Positions 30,419 through 39,444 of a DNA stretch of 49,314 nt are shown piece after piece; the first letter of the stretch is position 1, and the number at the start of each line of letters is the position of its first letter. The position numbers and the translations under genes were made by a program. The notes below the pieces were generated by a model, which worked only from the letters and a program-made list of their open reading frames with translations, made no database searches and was not told the DNA's origin. This DNA is from a virus. Taxonomy: Duplodnaviria; Caudoviricetes. The stretch lies in the IMG/VR virus record IMGVR_UViG_3300049205_000009, positions 1 through 49,314 of that record; one strand, 5' to 3'.

Positions 30419-32863
30419 TTACTTTTTACCAGTTGGCTTCTTCGCTTGTTGCTTAGCCTTCTGATTTTGAATGGTAGCCTTCTCCTTGGCAGCCTTAGCT
30501 GATTCCTGAGTCTTCTTGATATCAACTTCAGATTTCTTAATCTTCAGTTTCTCCTGCTCAATCTTCAGCTTCTCTATTTCAGCCTTTTGTGCAACATCCT
30601 TTTCCTTCGTATTCGCATCCTGTTGCTTAATGTCAAGCTCCCTTGTACGATGCTTATCGTCAATAGACATACCCAACTGCTCATTCCGAATCTTAAGAAC
30701 TTCTGTAGCATCTGGTATTCCATCATCGTCGATATCATTATCAGCTTCAAGACCATGAGCAGCACGTAGCATCTCAATATCAATCTTATTACGCCTATCA
30801 AGTTCATTCTGATCAGCCTCAAATGCACGTTGTTTATCACCTTCTTCGATTTCAGCTTGTTTAAGTTGTAGCTCAAGTTGTAATGCCTGTGCCTCAATGT
30901 CATTCTTCTGTTTCTCCATAGCCTGTTCAACCTGTTGTTGTGCTTCCTCAGCCTTACGAATCAAGTCTTTAGTTTTAGAGAAATTATTAGCTTCAAGTAG
31001 ATCAGCTACAGCAGAAAGAGGTAAACCATTTTGCATAGCAGCCATTGCATTCTGTTTTAAAAACTCGAACTTTTCTTGTTCCTTTCCAGAGTTTCTAACG
31101 AATACAGACATCTCTGTTTCCATGTAGGATACAGGATCAATATTAAGGATAGCAGCACGCATGTCTGAATTGACATACATAGACTTCTTACCATTAACCC
31201 AAGCTAGTTTAGAACAGTCAAGTAAGCCTTGTAGCTCACGCTCTTCAAACTTTTCGAACTTACGGAATACTTCCTCAGTGATTACTGAAGAACGAAACAC
31301 TGCTTCCTGATTGGCTGTAGCAGTTTCTGATGCAGTTGTTTCGCCCTTACGTTGTCGGGTAATGCCCACTGCTTCCTCCCATTCGTATTTAATGGAAGTC
31401 ATGATCTCAATCATGGACTTAGCATATTGTCCTAATTGACCATCTAGTATGGCATATTGATTAAATCCTTTTACACCCTCATCTGTAGGATTTATAAATG
31501 CAAAGCCCATAGCATCTGCATAATACATAAACTTATCCAAGTCCCATCCATCCTCTTTGGGTATAGCATCAATAGGCATAAGAAGAATTTTATCCTTATT
31601 CTTAGCCATGGTAAGTTCGAATCTATAATGGAATATGTTATATAGAATCTGGAATGGTAACCCTATCTCTACAAGAGACTTGTTCTTAGAATGTCTGTTA
31701 GAGAAGAATATGCCATTATAAGGTAACTTACAACTAGACAGATCATCCATCTTTGTACGTTGAACCTTGGTAGGTCCATAATCTACATAGAATTTATTAT
31801 CAATCCTATAACACTCTCTTACTTCAGATACCCAAATCCAATATATATCCTCACCTTCGTCATCGACGTAATCTTCGTCTACTTCCATTTGTCTGAGTAC
31901 ACCTAACTCATCCATGTAGGTTAAGATACCAATCTTTTTAAAGCTCTTCCATACACAATGAACTACTTCAATAAGTCTTTCTTCAAGATACTGAGAGTTA
32001 TCGTAGTTGGAAGTGAATGGTGTAAAGAATCCACCTTCTCTGTGTTGAGATGGATTTTCAAGCTCATCAATCTGATCAGGTTTAAGAACATCATAGAATC
32101 TATCTACAACCTGAGAGACAGTAAGTAACTTACGTCTAACTACAGATTCAGCATCCTCTACATATTCAGTCTCTGGACCTTTCTTAACATCTATATCAAA
32201 GGGACTAACCTCTTCATATACAACATTATCATGAGCTACATCTTTGTAAGTAAAGCATCCACCACCTACAGTGTAGTCATAAAAACTCTTCTGAAATTGA
32301 TGTACTACTTCATTATCGTATAAGATATAGTCAAGTGCTTCTTGTCCTACAATAGCACGCTTATCGGCAGGATTAGCCGACATCTCTTCAAGAACCTGTT
32401 TAGGTTGTTGTACATCTTGATCTGGTACACCAGATTCTTCAATCTTATTTAATTCATTGATAAATACTCTTTGATAAACTTCAAGAGCTTGTTGAAATTG
32501 TGCCTTTTGAGCTTCAGTAACTGAATCAGCATTAGTAGCTACAACTTGATAGTTCTTAGGACGTTTAGATTTCTCTCCCATAAGAAGAGAGATAATTGGA
32601 GAGAGTATAGGATAGTTACGAATTCTAGCTGGAAAGTTTATTTTTTTAAACATTTCCGAGTTGTAAGGATTAGTAACGTATTTGTACATTTTATCATCCA
32701 ACTCATTATTAGCAGCGTCATATAGCGACTTGAGATGAGCCTTATCAGAGGCATTGAACGAAGCTTCTCGGATGAGAGCTTCTGCACAAAGAATGTGGAA
32801 TTCTTCATCCTTTTTTTTGTTAGATATCTTCTGCTTTGGAAAGCCGTATATGTTTGTAGCCAT
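30419..32863 (-). CDS. Portal protein, 814 aa
   Basis: FPKQK...PARIRNYPIL.P.I.LLMGE.SKRP, WVSEVRECYRI, KLPYNG and GITRQRKG motifs, plus a long C-terminal coiled coil. Confidence 0.93.
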   Translation of the reverse strand: MATNIYGFPKQKISNKKKDEEFHILCAEALIREASFNASDKAHLKSLYDAANNELDDKMYKYVTNPYNSEMFKKINFPARIRNYPILSPIISLLMGEKSKRPKNYQVVATNADSVTEAQKAQFQQALEVYQRVFINELNKIEESGVPDQDVQQPKQVLEEMSANPADKRAIVGQEALDYILYDNEVVHQFQKSFYDYTVGGGCFTYKDVAHDNVVYEEVSPFDIDVKKGPETEYVEDAESVVRRKLLTVSQVVDRFYDVLKPDQIDELENPSQHREGGFFTPFTSNYDNSQYLEERLIEVVHCVWKSFKKIGILTYMDELGVLRQMEVDEDYVDDEGEDIYWIWVSEVRECYRIDNKFYVDYGPTKVQRTKMDDLSSCKLPYNGIFFSNRHSKNKSLVEIGLPFQILYNIFHYRFELTMAKNKDKILLMPIDAIPKEDGWDLDKFMYYADAMGFAFINPTDEGVKGFNQYAILDGQLGQYAKSMIEIMTSIKYEWEEAVGITRQRKGETTASETATANQEAVFRSSVITEEVFRKFEKFEERELQGLLDCSKLAWVNGKKSMYVNSDMRAAILNIDPVSYMETEMSVFVRNSGKEQEKFEFLKQNAMAAMQNGLPLSAVADLLEANNFSKTKDLIRKAEEAQQQVEQAMEKQKNDIEAQALQLELQLKQAEIEEGDKQRAFEADQNELDRRNKIDIEMLRAAHGLEADNDIDDDGIPDATEVLKIRNEQLGMSIDDKHRTRELDIKQQDANTKEKDVAQKAEIEKLKIEQEKLKIKKSEVDIKKTQESAKAAKEKATIQNQKAKQQAKKPTGKK

Positions 32864-32866
32864 TAT

Positions 32867-34855
32867 TTACTTATAGAATTCAGTGATTCGCTTGAAAAAG
32901 CTCCTACTATCGTCATTTACAGGTTTTACAGCACGTTGCTTATATTCGATTTCTTTAAGGAAGTACATTCCGACCATAAGTGCCATAGCTCTGTCAAAGT
33001 TACCATCTCTATTGTACTTAATCAACTCTTCAAGGAGTGCTGGATCATAGATAAGATGCATGTTTAGTTTATATTCACCATTCATCGTCCGCCCTCTCTG
33101 AGTTTTTAGCCAATCTCTTAAATATAACTCACCTTGAGCTTTACGTTGAGGAGTCATATGCATACCGTACCCTCGTTTAACTGAAGATTTAGGCATATTA
33201 GAATTATACTCAATTTCGAACTCTTCTTCAAGATATTGAAGTAATCTCATACGCTTAGCGTAGCTTATTACATCTCCCCTATCATTTTCAAATCCTATCT
33301 TAGCATTATAGTACTGAGCTAACTTAAATAGGTTTTCATTGTATTCATCTGTAGAATTGGGTCTCCCTATATATGATGCCACAATCATATCGTCTGGTTG
33401 AGAAAGATTGTTGGGGCGCTTCATTACAAACGCTGCACCGAGTGATACTGAACCAGTTGTTTTGTCTTGGGCGTAAGGGTCATGACAGATTATGTACATA
33501 TGTGCAGGAACTCTACCAGTATCGTGATCTCTATATGGTGCCTGATATTGTACTATACAACCACTGTTATCCGCCTTCTGCTCATGTGGGAACTTATAGA
33601 TAGGCTTAGCAGTATCATCTGGCATGAACTTAATAGTCTCTGGTGTTCTTACTAATCTACCAGCCACTCCCATATTTATAAGATGTGGATGAGCGTATAG
33701 ATAGTTCTGCCAGCTTTGTAACTCTGCAACAGGAAGATTGTTCAAGCCTAAGCTCAACATAGCTTCTCTAGGGGTCTTAGGATTTTCTGCTACGAATCTA
33801 TCTATCTGTGTAGGGTCTTTAGCTTCCTTACGAATCTTAGCTCTTTCCGTATCATAGAAGGCTATTGCTTCTTTTACGAACGAGTTTCCATCTTGATCCA
33901 TGAAACCAGTAGCATTCTCATAAGCTGGTGCAAAATATCCACAAGCTGTTCCTCCTGCTCCCTCATCCCAGATATTATCATGGGCATATATATTATAACC
34001 ACCCGGAGAGTAGAACATCTCACGTAAGCCTTCGAAGTCTGATCCCTCTTCACCACCAGTACCAAATGCAATTAAAGTACCTACAGTTGCTTTACCATCT
34101 TCTACAGAAGGTCTAGCTGCTGACCATGCTTCGAGTAGTCCGGGAAATTTACCAGCTTCCTCGAAGAAGATCAGCTCTCCACGTTTACCTCTACCCTTAT
34201 CTGGATCATCTTTAAGAGACACACCAATGATTTCACTTTTGTAACCCTTCTCTACTGGAACACCGTTATTGTATTCAATGTATGATGCACGTTTGTGCAT
34301 ATCCTTGTCTACCTTCTGACGGCGTTTAGTCCATGGGGTATTTTCATCTATGAAAGCTATATAATCCCAACACTTATTTAGGAAACCATCTTTGATTAGA
34401 TATTCTTTTTCAGATGCAAGTACAAAATTCTTACTACCCTTTTTAAGGAAGTAATTCCTGACAGCCATAGAGGCACCCTTGTATGAGTAACCCTTACCAC
34501 GAGCTTTAAGTACGACTACATGTTTACCATCTTTAATAGCAGCATCTACAAATGTGTAGTATCTATGATCTCCATCCCAAAAGGCTGGGAAGGCTAGTTT
34601 CTTTGTTGCTGCAATACGTCCTTCTGTGATCTCGTAGGACTCAACTACTGTTCTAAGAATTGGACAATAGTTTAAATAGAAATAATGATAACCTGTTACT
34701 GTAACACCATCTACTGTATATCCATGTAGGCAGCGTCTAGTTTCCTCATCCCAGAATCGTTTATGATCAAAGGTTCCCGGAGGAGCAGCACAGTAGTAAC
34801 CATACTTTTCAAAGTGTTTAGCTGCTTCCTGGAATTTATGAGTGTTTGTTATCAT
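32867..34855 (-). CDS. terL: Terminase large subunit, 662 aa
   Basis: TGYHYFYLNY, Walker A LKARGKGYS, Walker B FFEEAG, FGTGG coupling motif, and nuclease motifs HDPY and GNFDR. Confidence 0.95.
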   Translation of the reverse strand: MITNTHKFQEAAKHFEKYGYYCAAPPGTFDHKRFWDEETRRCLHGYTVDGVTVTGYHYFYLNYCPILRTVVESYEITEGRIAATKKLAFPAFWDGDHRYYTFVDAAIKDGKHVVVLKARGKGYSYKGASMAVRNYFLKKGSKNFVLASEKEYLIKDGFLNKCWDYIAFIDENTPWTKRRQKVDKDMHKRASYIEYNNGVPVEKGYKSEIIGVSLKDDPDKGRGKRGELIFFEEAGKFPGLLEAWSAARPSVEDGKATVGTLIAFGTGGEEGSDFEGLREMFYSPGGYNIYAHDNIWDEGAGGTACGYFAPAYENATGFMDQDGNSFVKEAIAFYDTERAKIRKEAKDPTQIDRFVAENPKTPREAMLSLGLNNLPVAELQSWQNYLYAHPHLINMGVAGRLVRTPETIKFMPDDTAKPIYKFPHEQKADNSGCIVQYQAPYRDHDTGRVPAHMYIICHDPYAQDKTTGSVSLGAAFVMKRPNNLSQPDDMIVASYIGRPNSTDEYNENLFKLAQYYNAKIGFENDRGDVISYAKRMRLLQYLEEEFEIEYNSNMPKSSVKRGYGMHMTPQRKAQGELYLRDWLKTQRGRTMNGEYKLNMHLIYDPALLEELIKYNRDGNFDRAMALMVGMYFLKEIEYKQRAVKPVNDDSRSFFKRITEFYK

Positions 34856-34866
34856 GTTTTAAAAAT

Positions 34867-34913
34867 GGGTAGGCTATTTCAGTAATTAAGATTCTTTCAT
34901 GAACCACCTACCC
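34867..34913 (-). promoter_or_regulatory. Long-loop hairpin just upstream of terL
   Basis: GGGTAGG (34867-34873) pairs with CCTACCC (34907-34913), followed by ATTTTT and then the terL ATG. Confidence 0.4.
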
Positions 34914-34920
34914 TCTCCCA

Positions 34921-35208
34921 TCAGGTACCTTCCGACAGATTTAGATTTTCAATAAATTTATCCATTTTCTTATTAAACTCGTCAACTGAACCAGCACAGT
35001 AGAAACATTCATTTGTACATACTACAAACATTGTATCACCTTCCCAGTCGAAGTCTGCTGAATGTCCTTCTTCATAAGATAAGACCTCAGCTAAGAATAT
35101 CCATTTTTTAATTTTAAGTGTTTCACCGGTTTCGTCATGCTTAATAAGCCTTAAGACGCATAGTTTAGTGAAACCGTCAGTTTTCGTAGAGTCCTGCTTT
35201 GCCACCAC
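34921..35208 (-). CDS. Hypothetical protein, 95 aa
   Basis: ORF in the co-directional gene chain. Confidence 0.6.
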   Translation of the reverse strand: MVAKQDSTKTDGFTKLCVLRLIKHDETGETLKIKKWIFLAEVLSYEEGHSADFDWEGDTMFVVCTNECFYCAGSVDEFNKKMDKFIENLNLSEGT

Positions 35209-35743
35209 CTCTAAGTTTTGAGTTTTCGTGTTGTTCTTTTTGTACTTTTTCTTCTAAAGCAACTATTGTATTAATAGTCTTTGGAAGTTTCTCCGACAAG
35301 ATAAGCAATTTTTCTAAAGTATCTACAGCAGTAACCATATCTCTATTATCTGGGTCTTTCATTGCATCAGATACTTGCTCATTCATAACATCAATAACCT
35401 TAGAAGCATTGATTAGTGCTTCCTTGGTTGATCTAAGTGCTTTAATTGAGGGAGTTTCCTGAAACTTGAGGTATACATCCATACCTTCTATTACATCTTG
35501 ATCTGGCTTGTAGCCCTCACCAAGAAGTTTTAGAGATCGTGTGATTTGATCTTCTTTATCTACTACTGATTGATTACTATAGGGGGATTTGTAGTCACAC
35601 ATAAAGTATATGTATGCTAACTCGTCAAGGGCTTTTCTTTTGAATCTATCTTTATCCCTTTGGATTATCTTCTTGAACTGTGGTACCAGCCTCAGTTCCG
35701 GGCTGATCACTACTCGATCTTCTTCTATGGTAAAAAGTTCCAT
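35177..35743 (-). CDS. Conserved crAss protein, putative terminase small subunit
   Basis: F.KI..RDK...K..A..ELAYIYF..DYKSPY motif and C-terminal RGG, upstream of terL. Confidence 0.55.
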   Translation of the reverse strand: MELFTIEEDRVVISPELRLVPQFKKIIQRDKDRFKRKALDELAYIYFMCDYKSPYSNQSVVDKEDQITRSLKLLGEGYKPDQDVIEGMDVYLKFQETPSIKALRSTKEALINASKVIDVMNEQVSDAMKDPDNRDMVTAVDTLEKLLILSEKLPKTINTIVALEEKVQKEQHENSKLRGGGKAGLYEN

Positions 35744-35945
35744 AATTTTCGTTTACTTTCTGTAATCTGTAGGGCTTAACAGTAAATTTCCCAAAGTAAG
35801 GTAATCTTACTGTTTCGAATTCCCCTTTCTCCATTGTATGCTTTACAAACTCAAACTGAGTCTTGACTATCTTCTGCGCTAGGCTCTGAGAGATACCTAG
35901 TTCCTTTGCTATTTCCTGAATTATCTTCTCTTCTATCGGAATCAT
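35652..35945 (-). CDS. HU/IHF-like DNA-binding protein
   Basis: IIQEIAKELGIS...IVKTQFEFV...VRLPYFGKFTVK is the HU fold signature. Confidence 0.8.
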   Translation of the reverse strand: MIPIEEKIIQEIAKELGISQSLAQKIVKTQFEFVKHTMEKGEFETVRLPYFGKFTVKPYRLQKVNENYGTFYHRRRSSSDQPGTEAGTTVQEDNPKG

Positions 35946-36099
35946 AAATCTTATATTCTAATGTGAACTGATCTCCTGATAGATATATTGTGCTATCAAA
36001 GATGTTCTTATAACTAGTAAGAAGGTCTGAGTAATAGCTACTATAACTCAGAGCCTCTTCTATTGTCTTGTATACAAATCTTGTTACGACTGCTCCCAT
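35851..36099 (-). CDS. Hypothetical protein
   Basis: ORF in the overlapping gene chain. Confidence 0.5.
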   Translation of the reverse strand: MGAVVTRFVYKTIEEALSYSSYYSDLLTSYKNIFDSTIYLSGDQFTLEYKIYDSDRREDNSGNSKGTRYLSEPSAEDSQDSV

Positions 36100-36419
36100 A
36101 CGATTTCAATGGCGTTTTGGTCTTTACTGGGGATTAACATTGGGTTAAACCTATAACCATCCACAGTTTGAATAACAGCCTGCTTGTCTTTTAAGGCTTT
36201 TATATAGTTAGACACTACCACTGTATTCTTAAAACGCATTTGTTCTTTGACAGTCCTTCTTGCCTTTTTAGAGCAAGGTATCAACGGATCAGTCTCTATA
36301 AGCAGATTTAGTACTTCTAGTTCCTGAGGCGTCAAACCGAATAGACCGTTCAAGGTCTGCAAATATATCTTCTGAGTCAAATTCTCGTTTATCTTCAGGA
36401 CTCTTTTCTCTTTCTTCAT
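36084..36419 (-). CDS. Winged-helix DNA-binding protein (RepL/MarR-like)
   Basis: GLTPQELEVLNLL...VVSNYIKALKDK.AV...YRFNP wHTH pattern. Confidence 0.6.
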   Translation of the reverse strand: MKKEKRVLKINENLTQKIYLQTLNGLFGLTPQELEVLNLLIETDPLIPCSKKARRTVKEQMRFKNTVVVSNYIKALKDKQAVIQTVDGYRFNPMLIPSKDQNAIEIVWEQS

Positions 36420-36681
36420 TTTTCTTAATCTTTTTGGTTAACCTTCTGCTAAGAAGCTCTTTAACACTCTTGAGCATTATAATAACACATTGATTCTCAG
36501 GTGACGGGTTTTTAGCTTGTAGAGCGTAGAATCTAGCTATTAGCATATCTACTACTTCCTCATTAGTGGTACCATCAACAAATCCACCAGTTATAAGCTT
36601 TTGTGTAAATCTAATTTCTTGTGGGAACGATCCTTTGAAACTCTTCAATCTATATAGGTACCCACTCTCAAGTATGTCCAT
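36289..36681 (-). CDS. Divergent Tad1-like (anti-Thoeris sponge family) protein
   Basis: IRF...DGTTNEEVVDMLIARFYALQAKNPSPENQCVIIMLKSVKELLSRR aligns by eye with the Tad1 core IKFQ...GV...LLEIV.DRL..FQ...SRENA.AL...EEALMW..RR. Confidence 0.6.
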   Translation of the reverse strand: MDILESGYLYRLKSFKGSFPQEIRFTQKLITGGFVDGTTNEEVVDMLIARFYALQAKNPSPENQCVIIMLKSVKELLSRRLTKKIKKNEEREKSPEDKREFDSEDIFADLERSIRFDASGTRSTKSAYRD

Positions 36682-36754
36682 GTCTTCTATTTTAAATACC
36701 TGTAAATTTACTCACAAGGTTTCTAAAACAAAAGACAGGGAATACCTCTTATTA

Positions 36755-37063
36755 TTACCGACCTTTCGTGGTCTGGAACTGTCTATGTTCAGTAACTATA
36801 ATACAGAAGGTAGCTACTAGTTCAGTTAATAAACTGCCAAATAGTACTTCTCTTGCTTCATCTACTGTTAGTTCGTCCACACTGGTTACCCAGGTTTTCT
36901 TATAGACTATCTCTCCGTTATACTTTAGATACAGACTAACCGTATCATCTATTTTGTATTCAACTAGTTGTATATCAGCTTCTCTACCTGCTGACTTGAT
37001 TAACTCTGTTGCCGCTCGACATGCCTTCTCTAGCGTGTCTTTAATTGGTTCTATATTACTCAT
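36755..37063 (-). CDS. Hypothetical protein, 102 aa
   Basis: ORF in the gene chain. Confidence 0.6.
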   Translation of the reverse strand: MSNIEPIKDTLEKACRAATELIKSAGREADIQLVEYKIDDTVSLYLKYNGEIVYKKTWVTSVDELTVDEAREVLFGSLLTELVATFCIIVTEHRQFQTTKGR

Positions 37064-37232
37064 GATGAGTGTAACTTATTAAAACTGAATATGTATTAGC
37101 TCCTGATCTGGTTGTAGATACTTGATAATGTATTGTGTTGATACTCTTGTGAGTATCATTTATAAATCCATTGATTAACGATTCTAATATCATGGAATCG
37201 GTAGTCTCGATTATCTTTACCTTACCTCTCAT
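37056..37232 (-). CDS. Small hypothetical protein, 58 aa (not in ORF track)
   Basis: MRGKVKIIETTDSMILESLINGFIND...IHYQVS...YSVLISY. Overlaps both neighbours. The pattern loosely resembles Cse60/DUF2758. Confidence 0.55.
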   Translation of the reverse strand: MRGKVKIIETTDSMILESLINGFINDTHKSINTIHYQVSTTRSGANTYSVLISYTHHE

Positions 37233-37399
37233 TTCAAGTATCTCTTAACTATCTCTCTAATATCTGATTGTAATTGATCATCAGTTTCATGATTATAACC
37301 TTCTTCTGGTTCATCTACTACATACAACTCTTTCCATAGATCATAATCTATTCTTTCGATTATGTCTGATACCATTCTATCAATCTTTTTGTCTGTCAT
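37229..37399 (-). CDS. Small acidic hypothetical protein, 56 aa (not in ORF track)
   Basis: MTDKKIDRMVSDIIERIDYDLWKELY...KRYLK, with ATGA overlap to the next gene. Confidence 0.55.
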   Translation of the reverse strand: MTDKKIDRMVSDIIERIDYDLWKELYVVDEPEEGYNHETDDQLQSDIREIVKRYLK

Positions 37400-37589
37400 G
37401 TTTTCTAAATAAAGGATTAACTCTTGCCCAATACTCTTCTTCCAGCTTTTTCATCCATTCTTTTTGCTTTATAAACTCATCCCAGTCCATCCATAGTTTC
37501 TGACCGTTATGCTCTATTTCAATCCTCTGCATTGAGGTATCCACAGGCTTCGCAGGCATACCCATACTTTGTGACTCGTTTTCGTTCAT
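37380..37589 (-). CDS. Hypothetical protein, 69 aa
   Basis: ORF in the gene chain. Confidence 0.55.
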   Translation of the reverse strand: MNENESQSMGMPAKPVDTSMQRIEIEHNGQKLWMDWDEFIKQKEWMKKLEEEYWARVNPLFRKHDRQKD

Positions 37590-37836
37590 ATTTATCTACT
37601 CGTTTAAACTTAACTCGTTGAGGGCTAAGTGCCCAGTTATAACAGGCTTTACAATGAATGTCTGCTTCTATCTTGTATGGAGACTTGGGGATTGATTCCC
37701 CGGTACTCCTAACAAACTTCATTGTCTTAGTCCAGATATAACTATTGTTTAGTCTCTCGATTCTTTCTGTTGAATTCTGGTATTTACCAGAGCTATCTTT
37801 TATTTCAATCTTCTGTCCTATCTGGTAACTCATCAT
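37519..37836 (-). CDS. Hypothetical protein with possible zinc finger
   Basis: CKAC...CEAC pairs. The second pair lies within the overlap with the next gene. Confidence 0.5.
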   Translation of the reverse strand: MMSYQIGQKIEIKDSSGKYQNSTERIERLNNSYIWTKTMKFVRSTGESIPKSPYKIEADIHCKACYNWALSPQRVKFKRVDKYERKRVTKYGYACEACGYLNAED

Positions 37837-38125
37837 TTATAAATTTATTGTTTCTTCTACAAAACTCATATGCCATGGCATTGAATAGTACTCCTGCTGT
37901 ATGAGGTAATCCATGTTCAGGATCAAACTCTTCTCCATTTTGAAGTGCTAGAACATGTCTCATTAGAGAATCTAGCAGTTCTTCCTTTACAAATCCTTTC
38001 TTCCAGTTGTTTCTAGCATACTTCTTCTTTCCAAACATTAGTACTTTAACTAGGGGTTCTAGACTAGGATAGTCTATTAAACTCCACTCAAGTTTACCTT
38101 CGTTGTAGCGCGTTGCCTTTTCCAT
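37805..38125 (-). CDS. dATP/dGTP diphosphohydrolase domain protein (DUF5664)
   Basis: RYNEGK..WSL...VLMFGKKKY..NNWKKG...SLMRH...GEEFDPEHGLPH. Confidence 0.88.
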   Translation of the reverse strand: MEKATRYNEGKLEWSLIDYPSLEPLVKVLMFGKKKYARNNWKKGFVKEELLDSLMRHVLALQNGEEFDPEHGLPHTAGVLFNAMAYEFCRRNNKFINDELPDRTED

Positions 38126-38325
38126 TCTATCAAATCTCTATTATGTGCTGGAATCTTATCTTCTTCTTCAATTGTTGCCGTTGGATCGTTAAAAAATGCT
38201 ATACCAGTACTTGTTGCGTATACCATAAACTTCTTTATAAGTTCCTGTTCTTCTTTTGGGGAGGTACCATAAGTTAACCCTCCTCGTCTAGTTTTTAGGG
38301 TTATTACCCCTGACGTTTTTTCCAT
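38077..38325 (-). CDS. Hypothetical protein
   Basis: ORF in the gene chain. Confidence 0.5.
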   Translation of the reverse strand: MEKTSGVITLKTRRGGLTYGTSPKEEQELIKKFMVYATSTGIAFFNDPTATIEEEDKIPAHNRDLIEWKRQRATTKVNLSGV

Positions 38326-38504
38326 TTCTTATAGTTTAATAAGGTTTTATTATCCCACTCAGGATCAGCTTTATCAAACTGTGAATAATACATGTCATCT
38401 ACAAAACTACATATATCTTCATAATTTACAGATTTATAGGTACATCTTACTCCGTTCTCTTCTATCTGAACTAGAAGTCCTTTACCAGTTTGTACTTTTT
38501 TCAT
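38304..38504 (-). CDS. Hypothetical protein, 66 aa
   Basis: ORF directly after the promoter-like TAACTTTAC. Confidence 0.55.
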   Translation of the reverse strand: MKKVQTGKGLLVQIEENGVRCTYKSVNYEDICSFVDDMYYSQFDKADPEWDNKTLLNYKKWKKRQG

Positions 38505-38532
38505 ACCGTAAAGTTAATGTAAATTGTATATG

Positions 38533-38880
38533 TTAGTCAAGTATATTCTCGACTATATATTGTAATAGATAGGCGTAGGCTTCTTCTGAATTCTTGGAGA
38601 ATCTTATACCTACATGTCTGAGTATATAGGCAGTTGCGTGAAGAGCCTCATGGGCTATGATTTCGAGCTTATTAAGGTTTCTAAAGCGTAAATAGACTTC
38701 GGAGGCATCTTCTTCATAAGCGAAGAGAGCTTCCATATTGTCTGATAGGGGGTGATCTATAAGGTCTTGATAATCATCACATTGGTTAATCATCAGATAC
38801 TCTAGTATGGCTTCATCAGTTTCATCTATGAAGACATGTAAAGTTATCGGATAGGTATCGAAGGTGATCTTCTTTATCAT
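38533..38880 (-). CDS. Zincin-like HExxH protein
   Basis: IIAHEALHAT...EEAYAYL metallopeptidase-type motif. Confidence 0.7.
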   Translation of the reverse strand: MIKKITFDTYPITLHVFIDETDEAILEYLMINQCDDYQDLIDHPLSDNMEALFAYEEDASEVYLRFRNLNKLEIIAHEALHATAYILRHVGIRFSKNSEEAYAYLLQYIVENILD

Positions 38881-39002
38881 TATGAGCTGGACACACCTTC
38901 AGGGTGGCGTAGGTATATTAGGGCTAGACTCATTAACTCGCTTCCGCTCGTAATACCTGGGATATTTTTTCCGTCGTTCCTCCTACAAAAATATAGGAAA
39001 TT

Positions 39003-39108
39003 TGACCCATTGTCAAGTGTTTGTATATGACAATTTGTCAGGTATAGCATGACAATATGTCAAACGACCATTAATATACACTATTCACTGAAACGTGACA
39101 CTATGTCA
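39003..39108. repeat. Array of TGACA-N3-TGTCA palindromes
   Basis: Copies at 39003-39015 (1 mismatch), 39028-39040, 39050-39062 and 39096-39108. Confidence 0.8.
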
Positions 39109-39290
39109 GATGGTGTTAATTTTATAGATTTATTAGTATGCCATTCTGTCAGGAATCTTTTCTTAAACTCTTCCTTACTCATATTTATCCATTCCTTGAA
39201 GGTTACTCCCTTAGATTTTAGTAAAGCCTCAAAATGCTTAATTCTAGCTGTTTTAAGCTTTTTCTTTAGTTTCCTTGGTATTCTTTTCAT
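39081..39290 (-). CDS. Basic hypothetical protein, first gene of the leftward block (start MKRIPRK)
   Basis: ATG at 39290, 4 nt after the TACCTTTG promoter element. Confidence 0.55.
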   Translation of the reverse strand: MKRIPRKLKKKLKTARIKHFEALLKSKGVTFKEWINMSKEEFKKRFLTEWHTNKSIKLTPSDIVSRFSE

Positions 39291-39294
39291 TTTA

Positions 39295-39302
39295 CAAAGG
39301 TA
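39295..39302 (-). promoter_or_regulatory. Bacteroidota-type -7 promoter TACCTTTG driving the leftward block
   Basis: Exact TAnnTTTG at the strand switch. Confidence 0.6.
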
Positions 39303-39444
39303 GATGAGTTTACCCAAAAATTTTTATAAAATTTAAAAAATTGGGATTGTTGGTGTTTATGTGTACCATCCCCTTCAAAGACCCCCACCTATTTGTGGCG
39401 GTGGATGGTCCCCCGTCAGTTCAACAAAACAAAACAATAATTTT

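Noticed and set aside
27814-34855. Introns or inteins in terL, portal or MCP
   Set aside because: Lengths are normal and no intein or homing endonuclease motifs were seen.
35652-36419. Long 90-130 nt gene overlaps in the small-gene chain
   Set aside because: They look like run-on low-complexity C-terminal tails in another frame. This is common in compact phages, and I see no evidence of dual function.
244-39303. Many plus-strand ORFs in the ORF track (e.g. 1001-1414, 21212-21793, 26866-27321, 28084-28506)
   Set aside because: They are antisense shadows of long minus-strand genes, with no recognisable motifs.
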